Source: Basidiobolus ranarum (Eukaryota). From it: a stretch of DNA of 61,268 nucleotides. Under the pieces are notes generated by a model. The model worked only from the letters and a program-made list of their open reading frames with translations. It made no database searches and was not told the origin of the DNA. Of this stretch, positions 21,722-35,184 are shown one piece after another. The stretch's first letter is position 1, and the number at the start of each line of letters is the position of its first letter. The position numbers were made by a program, and so were the translations under genes. The stretch is taken from the NCBI GenBank assembly GCA_040143965.1, contig JASJQH010000007.1:1-61268 (forward strand), in the 5' to 3' direction.

Positions 21722-23759
21722 TCAACTTTTGAATCTCAGGGCTCGAGCCCAAAAGCGTAGGATCAACAGATCGTTATCTTTGATGGCCAAAACATTCAGA
21801 AAGTCTTTGATCGCATTTGGATTGTCACCACCACCAGCTCTAACGAACTGAATGAACTGCTTGGTTTTCCTTTGGAAAGAAACGTTAATTTCCAAGTTAC
21901 TTTAGTTAAACAGAACATACATTGTTCCACTCACCTGAGCCAATTCTCCTTCAAAATGATGATCTGCATATGGATTATTTGGGGAGATAACGGGAGCTTA
22001 AGAACCGCTTCTAGTTGATCCATAAACGACGGGGCTTCCCGCGAGTTGTCCACATTTATCTCGGAATTTTTTGAGGGAATCGACTCTTCACTTCCAAAGT
22101 TTAATTTCCAATCCTTCCCATCACCTACATGTATTTCGTAAGTCAAGAACAACATAAAAGATATTTCACCTCATAAGGATGTTCTTTCAAAAAGGATATC
22201 CAACAGCACTGAGCTAGTTCTATCTACATCTTCTGGAAACTCCACGTCGCTTTTCAACCCCAGTAGGTTGCACTTCCAAATTTCTTGATAACTACCTTCA
22301 TAACTCATTACAGAGCTACATCCTAACGGGATTATTTCCTGTAAAGAGGCTTGATTAGCTAGGGACTACAGGAGTGTTTGGGTTCCACAAACCTGAAGTA
22401 CTGAGATGATGGATTTCACCAGTGGTTCCTCATTCCCTCTTACAATCACCTGATTCCCTATCACACAATTAAAAACCAGTTTCCGGAATGCCTTATGTTC
22501 AAGAAGTTTCGCCAATTCTATCAAATTCTTAATGGCATTCTCTTCTTTGGCTGGTGTGTTTGGTATTTTCATGGTGTTGGTGATTGCGTCTATAAGTGAG
22601 TTGTTGAAGAGGCCGAATTCGTCGTTCGATCCAATCTGTTAACAATCATCAATCTAGTTCAGAAAATCGCCTTCTACCACATATTTATTCATAAACACCA
22701 CAAACCATGGGCTGCCCTTCCACTTGCTTTTCTTGTAATCTACGACTGCAAGCTTTCAAGATCCAACTAAAATTCGAGTGCAGATCTGCGAATATATTCT
22801 ATAGAAGGGAGCAAAATTAAACGATGAGATGGATTCCAATTAAGAGCAAGAAGTCTATTTGTTGATTATGTTACCTTAACACCGAGAAGCTCATCTAAAG
22901 ATCTTAAAGATTGACTTCCACGTCTTCTTAAAAATTGGTCGGGAGCCACAGGACCAAAAGAACTCCTATTTCTTATCAAATCTTGAGGATTATCCATTAA
23001 AGATCCTTTTTCTTTATCATATACTTTCTCAGCTTTTGATTGGAGTTCGGAAGCGAGGGTTTTGAATTTATTGACCAAGAAAGGCCATGAGGTGACAAGG
23101 TAAAGTCGATCGGACATTAAAAATATAAAACTATACCACCGCTGTGAGCCTCTAGCTTGGCGATCTTTAAGTTTAAACATATATGATAGAACGTAGCCAT
23201 TTTTATCATCACCAAATAGTACCGGTCCTTCACGACCTGGACAAAACTCGCAACTAAGACTTCGTACGCACGCCTGACGTAAAGCAGAATAAAGTCGAGG
23301 ATGTAACGGGGAGCGAGTGCCTATGTAAGTTACATCCGGTGTTTCATTGTCTCGAGTTAGGAAACCTTTGGATTCAGTAGAGCGGGCTGATAAAGAAGCA
23401 TTCGGGGGTTTTTCCAAATCAATAGGCACTTCTAACGGGGGCAAGGTAGCTGTACAGGAAGGACATTGTGAAGATTGGGATGGAAAAGTGAAGGCATTTG
23501 GCTCAGTGTTTCTTCTTATAGTTGGTGGTGTTGTTAGGTTTACGGTACTTTGGGGTTTAGTTGAGGTTGGAGTTGTATTGTGTGAATAAGAGAAAGAGTA
23601 AGAGGTGGATAATGATATGTTATGTTGAGGATTAGGGGAATCAGGGCTAATAGCCTCTGATAAAAACACAGAATGTGAGGCGTGATAAGGTTGCGTACAA
23701 AAGACGACACTTGGCCCATGGACTTCACAAAAATGTACGAGGGAGACCAGGGCGTTCAT
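21722..23759 (-). CDS. FLCN: Folliculin (FLCN/Lst7/Bhd1), full length with C-terminal DENN-type region, multi-exon
   Basis: MNALVSLVHFCEVHGPSVVFCTQ, LRQACVRSLSCEFCPGREGPVLFGDD, FKLKDRQARGSQRWYS, VIGNQVIVRG and C-terminal DLLILRFWARAL. Confidence 0.93.
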
Positions 23760-24346
23760 AACCTACAACTTCGTAAACAGCAAGGAGAAAATAAAGAATA
23801 AACCTTGGAAGCAAGCTCAAAGTTGAGCGGTCTATGAAGAGGAGACTATAAACAAAATAATAAAGGAAAAGGAAAAGTATGGAGCTAAAGGGGTTGTGGT
23901 GAAAGAAGTTAGTTCATAGCACTAACTAATATTGAACTTTCCATCATATTGTAGCATCATTAAAAATGAATGATTATTAATAAGGAACGATCTAAATCAA
24001 GTGATCTCAATTCCCTTTTAGCACTCAAATTTCTAACGTGGGGATGAATACATACATGTGATTTAGTGTCATATACTCACGAGTTTCTGGAACACTCAGG
24101 CCTACTTCATTTTTAATATAGAATAGAGTGAATTTCCAAACCTCACTGCAGCTGTTGGTATTGGAAAGAGATGTTTTGATCAGTGCGCTTAATTGAATTG
24201 ATACAGCTGATATAACATGTAATTGTGTCGACAGTCAGCCCAAAATTTAGAGTCAAGTAAACAAATAATCTATTGAGAAAAAAATTGATTACCATTGTTG
24301 GCAACATTATATATCATCTTATCATCTTCTGCACTTTGGTTCAAAA

Positions 24347-25383
24347 ATGTCGCTTCGCCAACTCGTCTTCGTCACTGGCAATCAAAAGAAACTTGAGGAA
24401 GTGAGAGCTATCCTTGGAAATGTTGTGGACTTGAAAGCTCACAAAATTGACTGTAAGGGGGTTTCGCATATTTTTGTTGCTTCTAAATCATCCTGTTTCA
24501 TCCATATTGTTTTACCGAAATATCTCCATCTAAACCTCATTTTTACTTAGTACCCGAAATTCAAGGTGATTCTAAAGAGGTTTCTGCTGAGAAATGCAAA
24601 CGTGCTGCTGAAATCGTAGGTTTCATTTGAAGCTCAATGCTATTCTTTCACGCACTTAACTAGTATCAAATTTAGCTCAACGGTCCAGTGATCACTGAAG
24701 ACACTTGTCTTTGTTTCAATGCTTTACAGGGACTTCCAGGACCTTACATGTATGTAGAATATTTGTTTATGACTATTTGAAGCCAAGGGTAAAGTAGAAA
24801 TATGTACTAACGTAGATTATTAGTAAATGGTTCTTGGGTAAACTTGGACACGATGGTTAGTAGAATTTTTAACCATTATTTTTACTGTTATAACTGGCTG
24901 TGGCTCGCTAAGGGCAAGTTTGTTGAATATTTGATGGATTCTATTTTAACTCGATGCAACTTGAAAAATAGGCTTGAACAAAATGCTTGCAGGTTTTGAT
25001 GACAAGTCTGGTTACGCCCTCTGCACTTTTGCTTACTGCCAAGGACCTGGTCATGAGCCCATCGTCTTTGAAGGCCGTACCGAAGTAAATATATAGTTTC
25101 CATATTTTCTGTCAAAGTCCTGCTAAGCCTTCGCACTTGCTATAGGGTACCATTGTTCCTGCTCGTGGACCAACAGATTTCGGTTGGGATCCTATTTTCC
25201 AACCTGATGGATTTGACACCACGTAAGTTTTGCTTATACTGGAATGTACATCATCAGCTATTTACCTGAGAACAACCGTTTAGATATGCCGAGATGTCAA
25301 AATCAATTAAAAACACAATCTCCCACCGCTTCCGAGCAATCGAAAAGTTAAAGGAATTCCTCGCTCAACAAGAAAGTGCATAG
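24347..25383 (+). CDS. HAM1: Inosine triphosphate pyrophosphatase, many short exons
   Basis: [59 protein letters not shown]. Confidence 0.96.
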
Positions 25384-25711
25384 TTAGAATAGCCTGTCTA
25401 TAAAATGCATAGTTAGAACATGGTCATCTCACTTGAAATAAACACAGAGTTGTTACGTTTAAAGATTTTATTCTAAACTTAGGTAAAGTAGCAGATTGGA
25501 GATAACTAGACAAAATAATCAGAAGGTATAACTTTGGGCAATCTTGAGGCAAACCTGAGGAAAAGAAAGAGTGGAGGCGAGTTTGAAGGTTATTGGGTAA
25601 CTTGTAAAGAGTTAGGTGATATAGTGGAATGGTATTCCGTAAACAAGAAGGGTTTAGACTGGTGATTGAGCATCTTGCGACAAACTCTCTGAAAAGGCAT
25701 AAGTAGATCAC

Positions 25712-26383
25712 CTAATTTTCCTCAAAGTTATCCTCATTGCTAGCAATTATGTCCTTGCTTCGATCATTCAATTCAGTTGATAGATTCTTGGAAGTGATTT
25801 CTTCATTTTCTCTTAAAACTTCCAAAATTGCCTGTTCCACAAAATCATGGAATGCCGACTTGGATATTCCTTTATTTTTCATTACAGTCGCCATTTTCGC
25901 AGTCAAAAGTCGAGCCCAAGAGGTTGTGGTCGCACCATGTGGTTGCTTTAAATCGTTACGCGAATGTTTCTTCAAGCTTTTACCATTCTTAGCGGAGCTC
26001 GAGCGTTCACGAACAACTTTACTTTTACTTAATAATAGATTGTCCTTAAGAGAATCCTCACCATTTTTATCGACATTGAAAATTCGAGGACGTTTGAAAT
26101 ACGTATCCGGAGCTCGTAGATAATTTTTCGAGAGTGGGCGGACGTTATGCAATAGCTCTTGAACTCTACTACCTCCATCTAACTCTTGCGCAATAATATC
26201 TCGACCACGTTGCCGAAATCTTCCTCCAAGGTAATTGTGAGTTTCTTTAACAGCTGGTATTTCATTTTCAAAACTGACAACATTTGGTGGAGATACATTG
26301 TCTTGTATCACTGTAGCTGCAAGGGTGGCAACGAACGGATTGATTAAAAAGAAGACGAACAATTTGCTTGAAGCATATATCAT
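25712..26383 (-). CDS. Hypothetical protein, 223 aa, putative signal peptide
   Basis: Intronless ORF starting at ATG with a hydrophobic N-terminus (LFVFFLINPFVATLAA) and an upstream TATATAAA; no recognisable domain. Confidence 0.5.
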   Translation of the reverse strand: MIYASSKLFVFFLINPFVATLAATVIQDNVSPPNVVSFENEIPAVKETHNYLGGRFRQRGRDIIAQELDGGSRVQELLHNVRPLSKNYLRAPDTYFKRPRIFNVDKNGEDSLKDNLLLSKSKVVRERSSSAKNGKSLKKHSRNDLKQPHGATTTSWARLLTAKMATVMKNKGISKSAFHDFVEQAILEVLRENEEITSKNLSTELNDRSKDIIASNEDNFEEN

Positions 26384-26728
26384 ATCTGCTTAATTAATAA
26401 GGAATAAAGTCTTTAGAGAACAAGGAGTGTTTGGTGTAAATGTCCAGTTAACAGTTTGTAATGTTCTTACAGTGATAAGTTGTTTATATAGAGGCTATTG
26501 ATGAAACAGTTCTCGTCTTGATTAGCCATTCTAGTTCACGTTTCACGGTAATTATCATGGTTTATCAATAATCATGTTGTTTGTATGTTTTATTGATCGG
26601 ATTTCAGGCTTAGTTCATCAAGTTGGATGCTCTGCCTACAAGTGTTGGTTGTTTGTTTAGTTCACATGCAGTGAAGGAAATTAGATTGGATTCTCTGCTT
26701 CAGATCATACCAGTACAATATGAATTAT

Positions 26729-29080
26729 TTACTGCTGAGTAGGTTGTGATTCTGAAATATCATGGAAAACTTTGTATGGATTCAAAATACCACTTGGATC
26801 CAACATCCTCTTGATTTTGCGCATCATATTTACCATTGCTGGTGTTTTCGAGTAGCCTATATACTCCGAATTTTTTATTCCAAGTCCATGTTCTGCTGCA
26901 ATTGAGCCTTGGTACTGGCTAGTCCACTCGTATACGTACGGCTCAATAAGCGATTTCACTTTGGGACTGAACTCCTTGGCGAACACAGTGAGATGTACAT
27001 TGCCATCTCCAATATGCCCAAAGCCTACTACGTCACTGACTGGTCCATGTGGCCCAAGCATTCCGCACTCAATTAAGCGCTGTCGAAGATCCTCTACTAT
27101 ATTGTACAACACTGGGACTGGAAGACTAATGTCATACTTGTAAATCGGAACTGGTGCTCCACACGCTTCACCAAGAGACTCTCGGATAGACCACAGATTG
27201 GTGTACTATAATATCAAAGGACGATTAACCAGGGTAACTCCTGTGAATGTAATTAGCACAATCAACATTGATTATTACAATAAATGGTCAAATGCACTAT
27301 TACGAGCATTCGTATTGACTACGTTTGTAATATCGGCCTTCAATATCGCAGCCGATGAACTTGTGCTTACCTGCGTACGGTCCTGTGCAACTACTCCGTC
27401 TTTAACGAAGTTATCCTCTAGTAGACCCTCCAAAAGATGCCCTAATTTCTGTTACCAAGAGATATCCATACGAGGCCAGTAGAAACGGCGATAATAGACC
27501 GAGAGTTAGTTTTTTGACCTTCATGTGAGATTATTTATTTCCTCGGTCTATCTTACCTCACTGTCGTGATCACTGTTAGACCCACTAGTCTCTACAAGGA
27601 CATAAAATGGATACTCGCGCTCGAAAGGAACTCTAAACTTTTTTGAGCCAAGTGCTTTACCATAGTACATCGATCTCGCATCCCAAAACTCGAATGCAGA
27701 TAGCACTTCTGATAGATCTTCTTTAGCTCTAAGAAATGCACTTTGTACATTTTCATACGATTCCAATCCCACTAGGGCCACGTTCACCGCTTTAGGTCGT
27801 TTAGGAGTGAGAAGAGAAACTCCTGTAACAATACCTAGAGTTCCCTCCGATCCGATGAATAATTGTTTTACATCATATCCAGTATTATCCTTTCTCAGGG
27901 TAGAAAGACCATCAATGATAGTCCCATCCGCTAACACTGCCTCCAATCCCAAAACATTTTCGTGAAGTGCTCCGTACCTTAGTAACCGAATTCCTCCGGC
28001 ATTTGTTGATACATTTCCCCCAATTTGACAACTATAAAGCATTAAAGGATTGTTAGCACTATAACATAAACGAAGCAAGGAATATGGCATTCCACAATCA
28101 TTATCAATCTCATGAACTGAGAACTGGCGATATAATTGAAATCCCTGCCCAGGTCCACTTTTCACTTATAATAAGAAAATCACTGGTAAAAGCTGACCTT
28201 CCTTTGGAGCCTAAATCCAATGGTACGATATACCCTCGCTCTGCAAGATAGTTATCCAGATGCTCTAGAACACAGCCAGAGTCGCATAAAATTACCCCTG
28301 CAAGTGAATCAAACTTTCGAATACGATTCAAATTGGATGTGTTGACAATGATCTCGTCAAAGATAGGCACCCCGCCACCTAAAGCAACAAGTGACTGCTA
28401 TTAGTAGAAATTGGGAAAGAATCAGGGGCTCTTAGTATTGGATGCACTTGCCCACAGCTCCAGTGTTTCCTCCTTGGGGGACGATTGCAAGTCTGTGCTT
28501 ATAAAAATGACACTGAAGGATTAGCCAAAGATTCAAACAGTGTAGAAAGCAGAGATTCTATATCACCTCTCTGTATTACAGTAACGCATTATATTTGAGA
28601 CCTGTTTAGTAGTATACGGCTTCAGAATTACTTGAGACTTCCCTCTGTATGATTTGAACCAGTCTTGATTGTATGGTGTCAAATCGTCTTCTGTTATTTG
28701 AACTCCATCAGCCACCAATACCCCTTCAGGTGGAAGGATGCTCTTGAAGTAATGAATATCCTCCGGTGTTATCTAGAAAATGTAGGAAAACTATGTGAGT
28801 AGTTAACCTCTTGCATAAGAATTCGGGAAAGAGGTGGAAGTATAACCTTTTTGAATTTCGGATCACGTTTATAATATGGGTAACTGACTGATGTGAATGG
28901 GACTTCGTAAGTCAATTTATCAGCCTCACAATCGATAGCGGTAGCTTTAGTATTGTATGAAGAACTTAATATGCGATAGGGTGTATAACTCAGACGACGT
29001 TCGATTCCATTAGGAATGAAGCTCGCTTTGAAGCGAGAAAAAAACCGTTGAGAGTTTAGCGAATTCTTTGACAAGTTCAT
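26729..29080 (-). CDS. DLD2: Mitochondrial D-2-hydroxyglutarate/D-lactate dehydrogenase (FAD-linked oxidase), multi-exon
   Basis: [98 protein letters not shown]; presequence-like N-terminus. Confidence 0.93.
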
Positions 29081-29625
29081 ATTAGCTTTGATTAACGGAC
29101 AAGCTGGCACCTCGTTCTCTATTTATTTACTTTCAGGCATTGCAAACAAGTCATTTATAAGCATTTATAGAGCAATCAGAATTATCGTAGCCATTGCTAT
29201 TGTTGCCAGTTTAGGTAAATTTCACCATATTTGGTTACAAACTACAACCCAGCACATTCCTAATGGATATCATTTGACTCTAGCATGAAATGTTTCAGGC
29301 TGTCATATCCTGACTCACCATTCGACACTTTTCCTTGTTTTGCCATCATGGGTGTGCGAATATACGTGAGCGTACTTGGTAAACGTTACATCAAAAACGG
29401 GTTAAATAAGAACTCAATGAGCGAATAAACGAGCATGTATAAATAATGGTTTTATTAACATGTACAATTATTGTTGTACTCGTAGACTACAACTAGAACA
29501 CACTGTCAAAAGTGGACAACTTCATACACTTCATAAAAACTTCAGATAATCTCTGTTTATAATGCGGGAAATATGAAGGCCTAGGTTTAACATGGTTTTC
29601 TATCGGTTTAACAAACCAAATGAAT

Positions 29626-30893
29626 TTAGTTGGATTCAGCAGGAGCGGCTTCACCGGCAGCAGCCTTCTTCTTGTTCTTCTTCTTGTTACGAACAGAGGT
29701 AGCAAGCAACTTAAGAACTTCCTCATCTTGGACAGATTTCTCGGATTTAACGACCTCAGCATCGAAAAGAGAGTTGGTGATCTTAAGAGGTCCGGAAGGC
29801 ATCAACAAAACGGTGAAGACGTATTGGGCAACGAATTCTCCTTCCTTCTCACTGTAAACATCGAAGGGTTGAACCAAACCGCGGTTGGCACATTCAACAA
29901 TACCCATACGTGCCTTCTTCTCATCTTCCATGGATCTCAATGCGAAAGGATAACCACCGAACTTGGTAGCGATCTCGGAGTAAGCGGCACGAGAAGCCTT
30001 CATCTTGAGTTGATAGGTGGAGCTAGTCTTCTTGTAGATGGTAGTACGAGATTCGGATTGCTTGGACTTACCATCACCGGAGGAAACAAGAATGTCAACA
30101 ACATAGACTTCGTTCTCCAAGAATTCAACTCTCTCGAAACTTTGTCTTTGAGATTCGCTAGGGTTCAAGATGATTTGCTTCTTACCATCGAGAACATTTC
30201 TCTCTTGTTGGTAAGAAAGCATACCTTCAACAGCCTTGGTACCAAAAGCATCAGTGATCTTTTGAACAGTTTCAGTGACCTCCATGTTCTTGTTACCGGC
30301 CTTGATAATTCTGACGGCAGCTTCAGCGGCAAGGTGAGCAGCTTGCATAACATCAGCTTGCTTACCAGTGACTGGGGTATCCTTGGATGATCCAATGACA
30401 ATGGTGTGACCAGCAATAGCAGCATAACCATCGACTTGGGCACCAAGTTGAATCTTGACCATATCACCAGTCTTCAAAGTATGAGCAGCCTCAGGGTCGC
30501 TAGGAAGAGGAGAGAAGTGGCAGACAATGTTGTTGGGAGAGATGCAAGTAGGGAATCCAACACCCTTGGGAAGCTTTCCCTTGGTGTAAACCTTCTTAAC
30601 TTCCTCCTCAATGAGCTTGTCACCGAGAGTGCAAAGTTCGAGAATGTTAGCACCATCAACGGCAGCTTCAATAACCTTCTTGAGGACGCCTAAAATGATT
30701 TACGTTAAATATTGCTGACGAACAAATGATGGTCATTTCCATAACAAATTATGCGTTGAAAATTCGATAGTAAAATGGTATACGTACGGTTAGAGATATC
30801 AGCAGCAGTCTTGTACTTGGTGACTACATCAGGGTTAGAGATGGAGACATCTTCTACCTTCTCTTCAACGGTTTCCTTCTTAATATCAGACAT
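29626..30893 (-). CDS. PA2G4: PA2G4/Ebp1/Cdb4 (MetAP-fold ribosome-associated protein), one intron (about 30690-30788)
   Basis: DVVTKYKTAADISN, GVGFPTCISPNNIVCHFSP, GDMVKIQLGAQVDGY, YQLKMKASR, ARMGIVEC and a Lys-rich C-terminus; strong codon bias. Confidence 0.93.
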
Positions 30894-31870
30894 TATCAAT
30901 AGATCAATGGTAAGAGGTTAAAAGCTCTTGAATTATTTTAGTTGTTATACTCGAGAATTTTTTTGTGGGTATGTGAGCTCTGTGAAAAAAAAAGGATACA
31001 TCTAGAAAAAAAAGTGATCACAGATTTGAATTAAATCATGTGACTAATGTCGATAATTCTTGCATTTGGCCGCTACCTGTGCCAAAATACTAGGTTTTAT
31101 ATCATCGTAATCAACTTTGGTAGATAATTAATGGAATTAGCATGTAGAATTGAGTATGCAGTTACGTTGCTTCGTTTATGCTAAATTGGAAATAAAAACA
31201 CCAATCGTATTCAAAATTTTGGTTACGTCAAGCTCTGACGATTTAGCATCTACCAGCTGACGAAATTAATGATGGGAGGATTTCAAAATTGACTACGTAT
31301 TATGACCGAGAATAGTTTACTAGATGAGAACTGCACTGCACTGGGAATTCGTAAACATACGCCACCTCTGAGCTTCTCAATAGAATACCGTACTGTGTTT
31401 ACACTTTAAAGTGGCAATTTGGCCATCTACAAAAATAGAGTCTCAGCTATAATAAAATTTATAATCAATCCTCAACCTACTGGCACGTTGATGTGTTGTA
31501 TGAATGTTTAACCACGCTTATGCTGTACACGATTGCTTTGACCTCTTGTTTTCTATTAGTAACCAAAGTCGAAACGTTTGCAAGCAAATATTCCAGTGAG
31601 AAATACAGCTATACTTTTCTGTGAAGTGAAGGCGTCATTATATATCTGACCTCATTAAACAATGTGAAACGTAGATTCTTTTGGACATTGACTACTCCAA
31701 CACAACCGTGGTATTTGGTGACATTACATTAAACCCTTACTACTATAATATTAGGTGCACTTGATTTTAGACTAACTTTATATTAAGCAAGTATAGCTGC
31801 ATATGTGGATAACAATTGTATAATATTTTAAGCTGTAAGTGACAAGTGGAAAGTTAAATAGCATGAAAAG

Positions 31871-32921
31871 TTAAAGCTTAGATGTGCCCTTGTTGGCAAC
31901 CCATGTTTTGAGTTTATCTCCACCGAAAACTAGACAGACAGTTTGCCACATTCCCAGACCAATTCTAGGTGTTATTCCACGATAAAGCCCTTTCAATCCA
32001 TGGTTTTTCCAGATGTATTTTCCAGCAGATACCATAGTAAGTTTTTCAGGGCGTCCAGGCTGTTTAATTTGTGATTGCATCTCCACACGAATAACTTCAA
32101 TCGGTTGGTTCCAACATGCTAGACCTCCACCAATAGCAGAAGCACCTATCTTTTGCAGGTTTGTTAGAGGCTTGGTAGGGTCCTCCTCCTTGCGTAGTTT
32201 AAATATCATACTCTCCGCTAATCTAGCAAAGCCTAATCTGCCACCCCAGTTAGTGCACTGACGCAGAGCTACTGCATTTACTCCTTTGTTGATCCCCCTA
32301 ATTCCTTCTCTTCGATAGATATCTCCTGCAATTTTCCAGGTAGACTGATTCACGCCATCACTCTTGTGCCGGGTGATTTCCACTGTCTTCATGAACGTAC
32401 AGAATCCCATGGTTGTATACGCTTGCGCTAAGCCACCGACCATACCTCCAAAAACCCCAGATACCCCAGGAGAAAACCCTGATACTCTACAGTGATACTC
32501 GACCTCAGAAGCAGTAAAGAGCAACGCGGCACCCTTCGTACTGGCTTCGATCCATGCCCAGGGGATTAAACCTTGATAAAATCCAGCAAACCCACCGCGT
32601 TTCCAGGTTTTTTTAAATGCAGTGACCAAAGTGTCACTTCGATTAGCAGCCATATGGGTTTTTAATACCTCAAAAGGCTGCCCCAGTGTAGTAATCTCAA
32701 AAACCGTTAGACCAGCGCCGATTCTAACCAAGTTAATAAATGTGACTGGTATTACTAAATGTGCAACCCTCAAAGAAAAATCAACTAGTCACAAATTTGA
32801 CTTACCCTAAGTTTGACCATGAAATAGGCTTCTTTTTTAATGTGGTTTGACTTGGGGCAGGTGTCAAACCAGGCACAAGGACTGGCACTGGTTCCGGTGG
32901 AGAAATTGTAAGTTGCACCAT
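31871..32921 (-). CDS. YHM2: Mitochondrial citrate/oxoglutarate carrier, one intron
   Basis: KKPISWSNLG|IGAGLTVFEITTLGQPFEVLKTHMAANR, YQGLIPWAWIEASTKGA, QAYTTMGFCTFMKTVEITRHK, WNQPIEVIRVEMQS. Confidence 0.95.
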
Positions 32922-34342
32922 AGTAACTTTGGGTATTGAGTGAGTTCTTTCACTGGACTATTACACGAGCAGTATTTTAGTGAGTGTTATCTAGTTAAAG
33001 TGATAGAATTGATGTGAACAGAATATCTGAGAAGGGCAGGGAGGCTTGCGTAATTTATAAGAGAAACGGGATTTGAAGGACGTATGATAAGGAGAAAGGT
33101 TCTAAGATTTTACAAGATGAAATTAAGGGGAGTGTGTCCATATAAAGGAAAATAGCGTTATTGGATGTTATTGTTAGAGCTCATCCAGTTAGACACATAG
33201 CCATCATTACTGATGTAGTTGTGTGTAGATATAACTCTCTATTTAACCAATCAATAAGCAGTTTCATTTAACGAGTATATGTCATCGGGTCACATTACCA
33301 AAATGCCTATATACCTTTGTTATGCCGTCTTTAGCAGAATACGCTAGCTCTACAACTAGCACCATCATGGAAGGCTGACATGAACTTATATTTGATATGA
33401 AGGCCAGTCACTAAGCGTCCTTTGTGGTAAATACTAGTTTACTGAATTTAAAGCCCACTCAAAAACTAGAAATTGCGGACTAGTTTTGTGCTTTATTACC
33501 ACAAACATGTGATAAGTCGCTATTACCCTCACTCAGGGTAGTGGGAAAAAGCCCCTAGAAAAAGCATTTACGATACATCTGATATATGCTCCATGTATGA
33601 CAAATACCTTAGATAACTTTCTATGCTCTATCAGGCTAAACGAGTTAACACCTGACAGATAGCGTTTATTATCTCCCCAACCTTGTACACCACTTGGTTA
33701 CTAAAAGACTGATCAGCATTGGTTTCATAATCCAAGTGAGAAAGTTGCTTACTTTTGCTAACATACTAATTAATAATCCCCTGGCATGAGCACTTTGATA
33801 GAGTAGACCAAGGCTTAATAATGCTCTGTAACATAAAGAGTTGCTTACATGTGCCAGTATGTAACATCGATGCTAGTAAATAAATATTGGACGAAAAAAC
33901 GGGAAAAATGCTTCCATTCCGATGAAGCGGCTAATGCAAATGCAATGAAAAACTAGCCAATTTGATGTGACTGACACAGATTGAAGGGCAGGGGCAGGGG
34001 TACACCGTTAATTGCACTCCTAGTGAATAGTATCCGATCTGATCTGGTTCCCGATCACTCTATATTACTTTCCAATTCTAGGAGTACGCCAGTGAGAAAA
34101 TTCCCGCTTTTCTGTAAATTACCCCAGGTTAAGCAATTATTGGGTAGTTTTTTTCTTCTTCCCCTGTGATACTTAATATATATTCGTCGTCATAATACAA
34201 ACTTGGATCAAATTAAAGTCACTTTTAGAATAGCAACTGTTTGGAATTTGCATTTACTTTTTTGTGGTCAAATTATATTCGTCAGCTGAGCCGAGACCTC
34301 CAACCGATGATGCAGACAATGTTGAAAAAAACCACTCTAGTC

Positions 34343-34400
34343 AGCCAATATAAAACGAGTAATCTCCAGGGGTTTCCATCGTGATTTTCTATAAAAAGGG
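34343..34400 (+). promoter_or_regulatory. CCAAT box and TATA boxes upstream of the SERTA/IER-like gene
   Basis: AGCCAATATAAAA at 34343-34355 and CTATAAAAAG at 34390-34399. Confidence 0.45.
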
Positions 34401-34560
34401 TAGCCGTCACTACCCGTATGTTACATAGTCCTCCTCAGTTTACAGCCAGCCTACCCACGCCTGGACGTCGTCCATCAATACTTTACATTAAATTATCTTT
34501 GTTTACAAATATCCCAAATATCATCTCTCTAGCCAGAGAAGCTTGACTGTTATTATTATT

Positions 34561-35184
34561 ATGGATTATTTCTTCGATTTCATGTTAATGGAGAACCTGT
34601 TGGGAAGTTGCAATCGTAAACTTCGAAAGTACAATCGTTCCAAAAAAAGAGAGCAACATTTACGGAATCGTCTATTGCTCATCAATTTCCGTAAAGCAGC
34701 TAAACGGGAAATAGCTGCTCACAATGACGATGAAGATATAGAGTTTGTGGAAGTACCCATTCCTTCTCCAGAACCACACTCCCAACAATCTTGTGACGTG
34801 ATAACTGGTAAGAATTGGTTCTATTGTAGAACTCTACGTTTATATCATGGGTTAAGCGTTGCTGTTGATCAAATATTCACATCACTATTTTAAGATACGA
34901 AGCAAGGCAAGGAACTTTGTCCTAGCGCATATTCTGGAAATGGTGTTGAATTTGGTTGGTATTTTATGTTGGCTTTACATTTTTAAATTGTTGACTAAAC
35001 AATGTCACGGATACCTTCAGAATCATCATGTCAACCCTTGATAGCCCATGAGCAATCGTCATCATACGAATATACAGAACCAACTTCTTGTCACCCCAGT
35101 GAAACTGGCAAGCGTTGTCGCCAAGGGGTGTGGAACGAGGAGGATAGCATTCAAAGTGAAAAAAGAGCAAGATTGTGTTTCTAG
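34561..35184 (+). CDS. Three-exon 156-aa protein with SERTA/IER-like N-terminal helices and a C-terminal basic motif
   Basis: Exons 34561-34807, 34895-34954 and 35021-35184 splice in frame through GT-AG introns. N-terminus ENLLGSCNRKLRKYNRSKKREQHLRNRLLLINFRKAAKREI; C-terminus GKRCRQ...EKRARLCF*. Confidence 0.65.

Noticed and set aside
29620-30693. Long antisense ORFs over PA2G4 (also over ALA1 at 37023-38975)
   Set aside because: Expected by-product of strong codon bias in highly expressed genes; the translations have no protein-like motifs.
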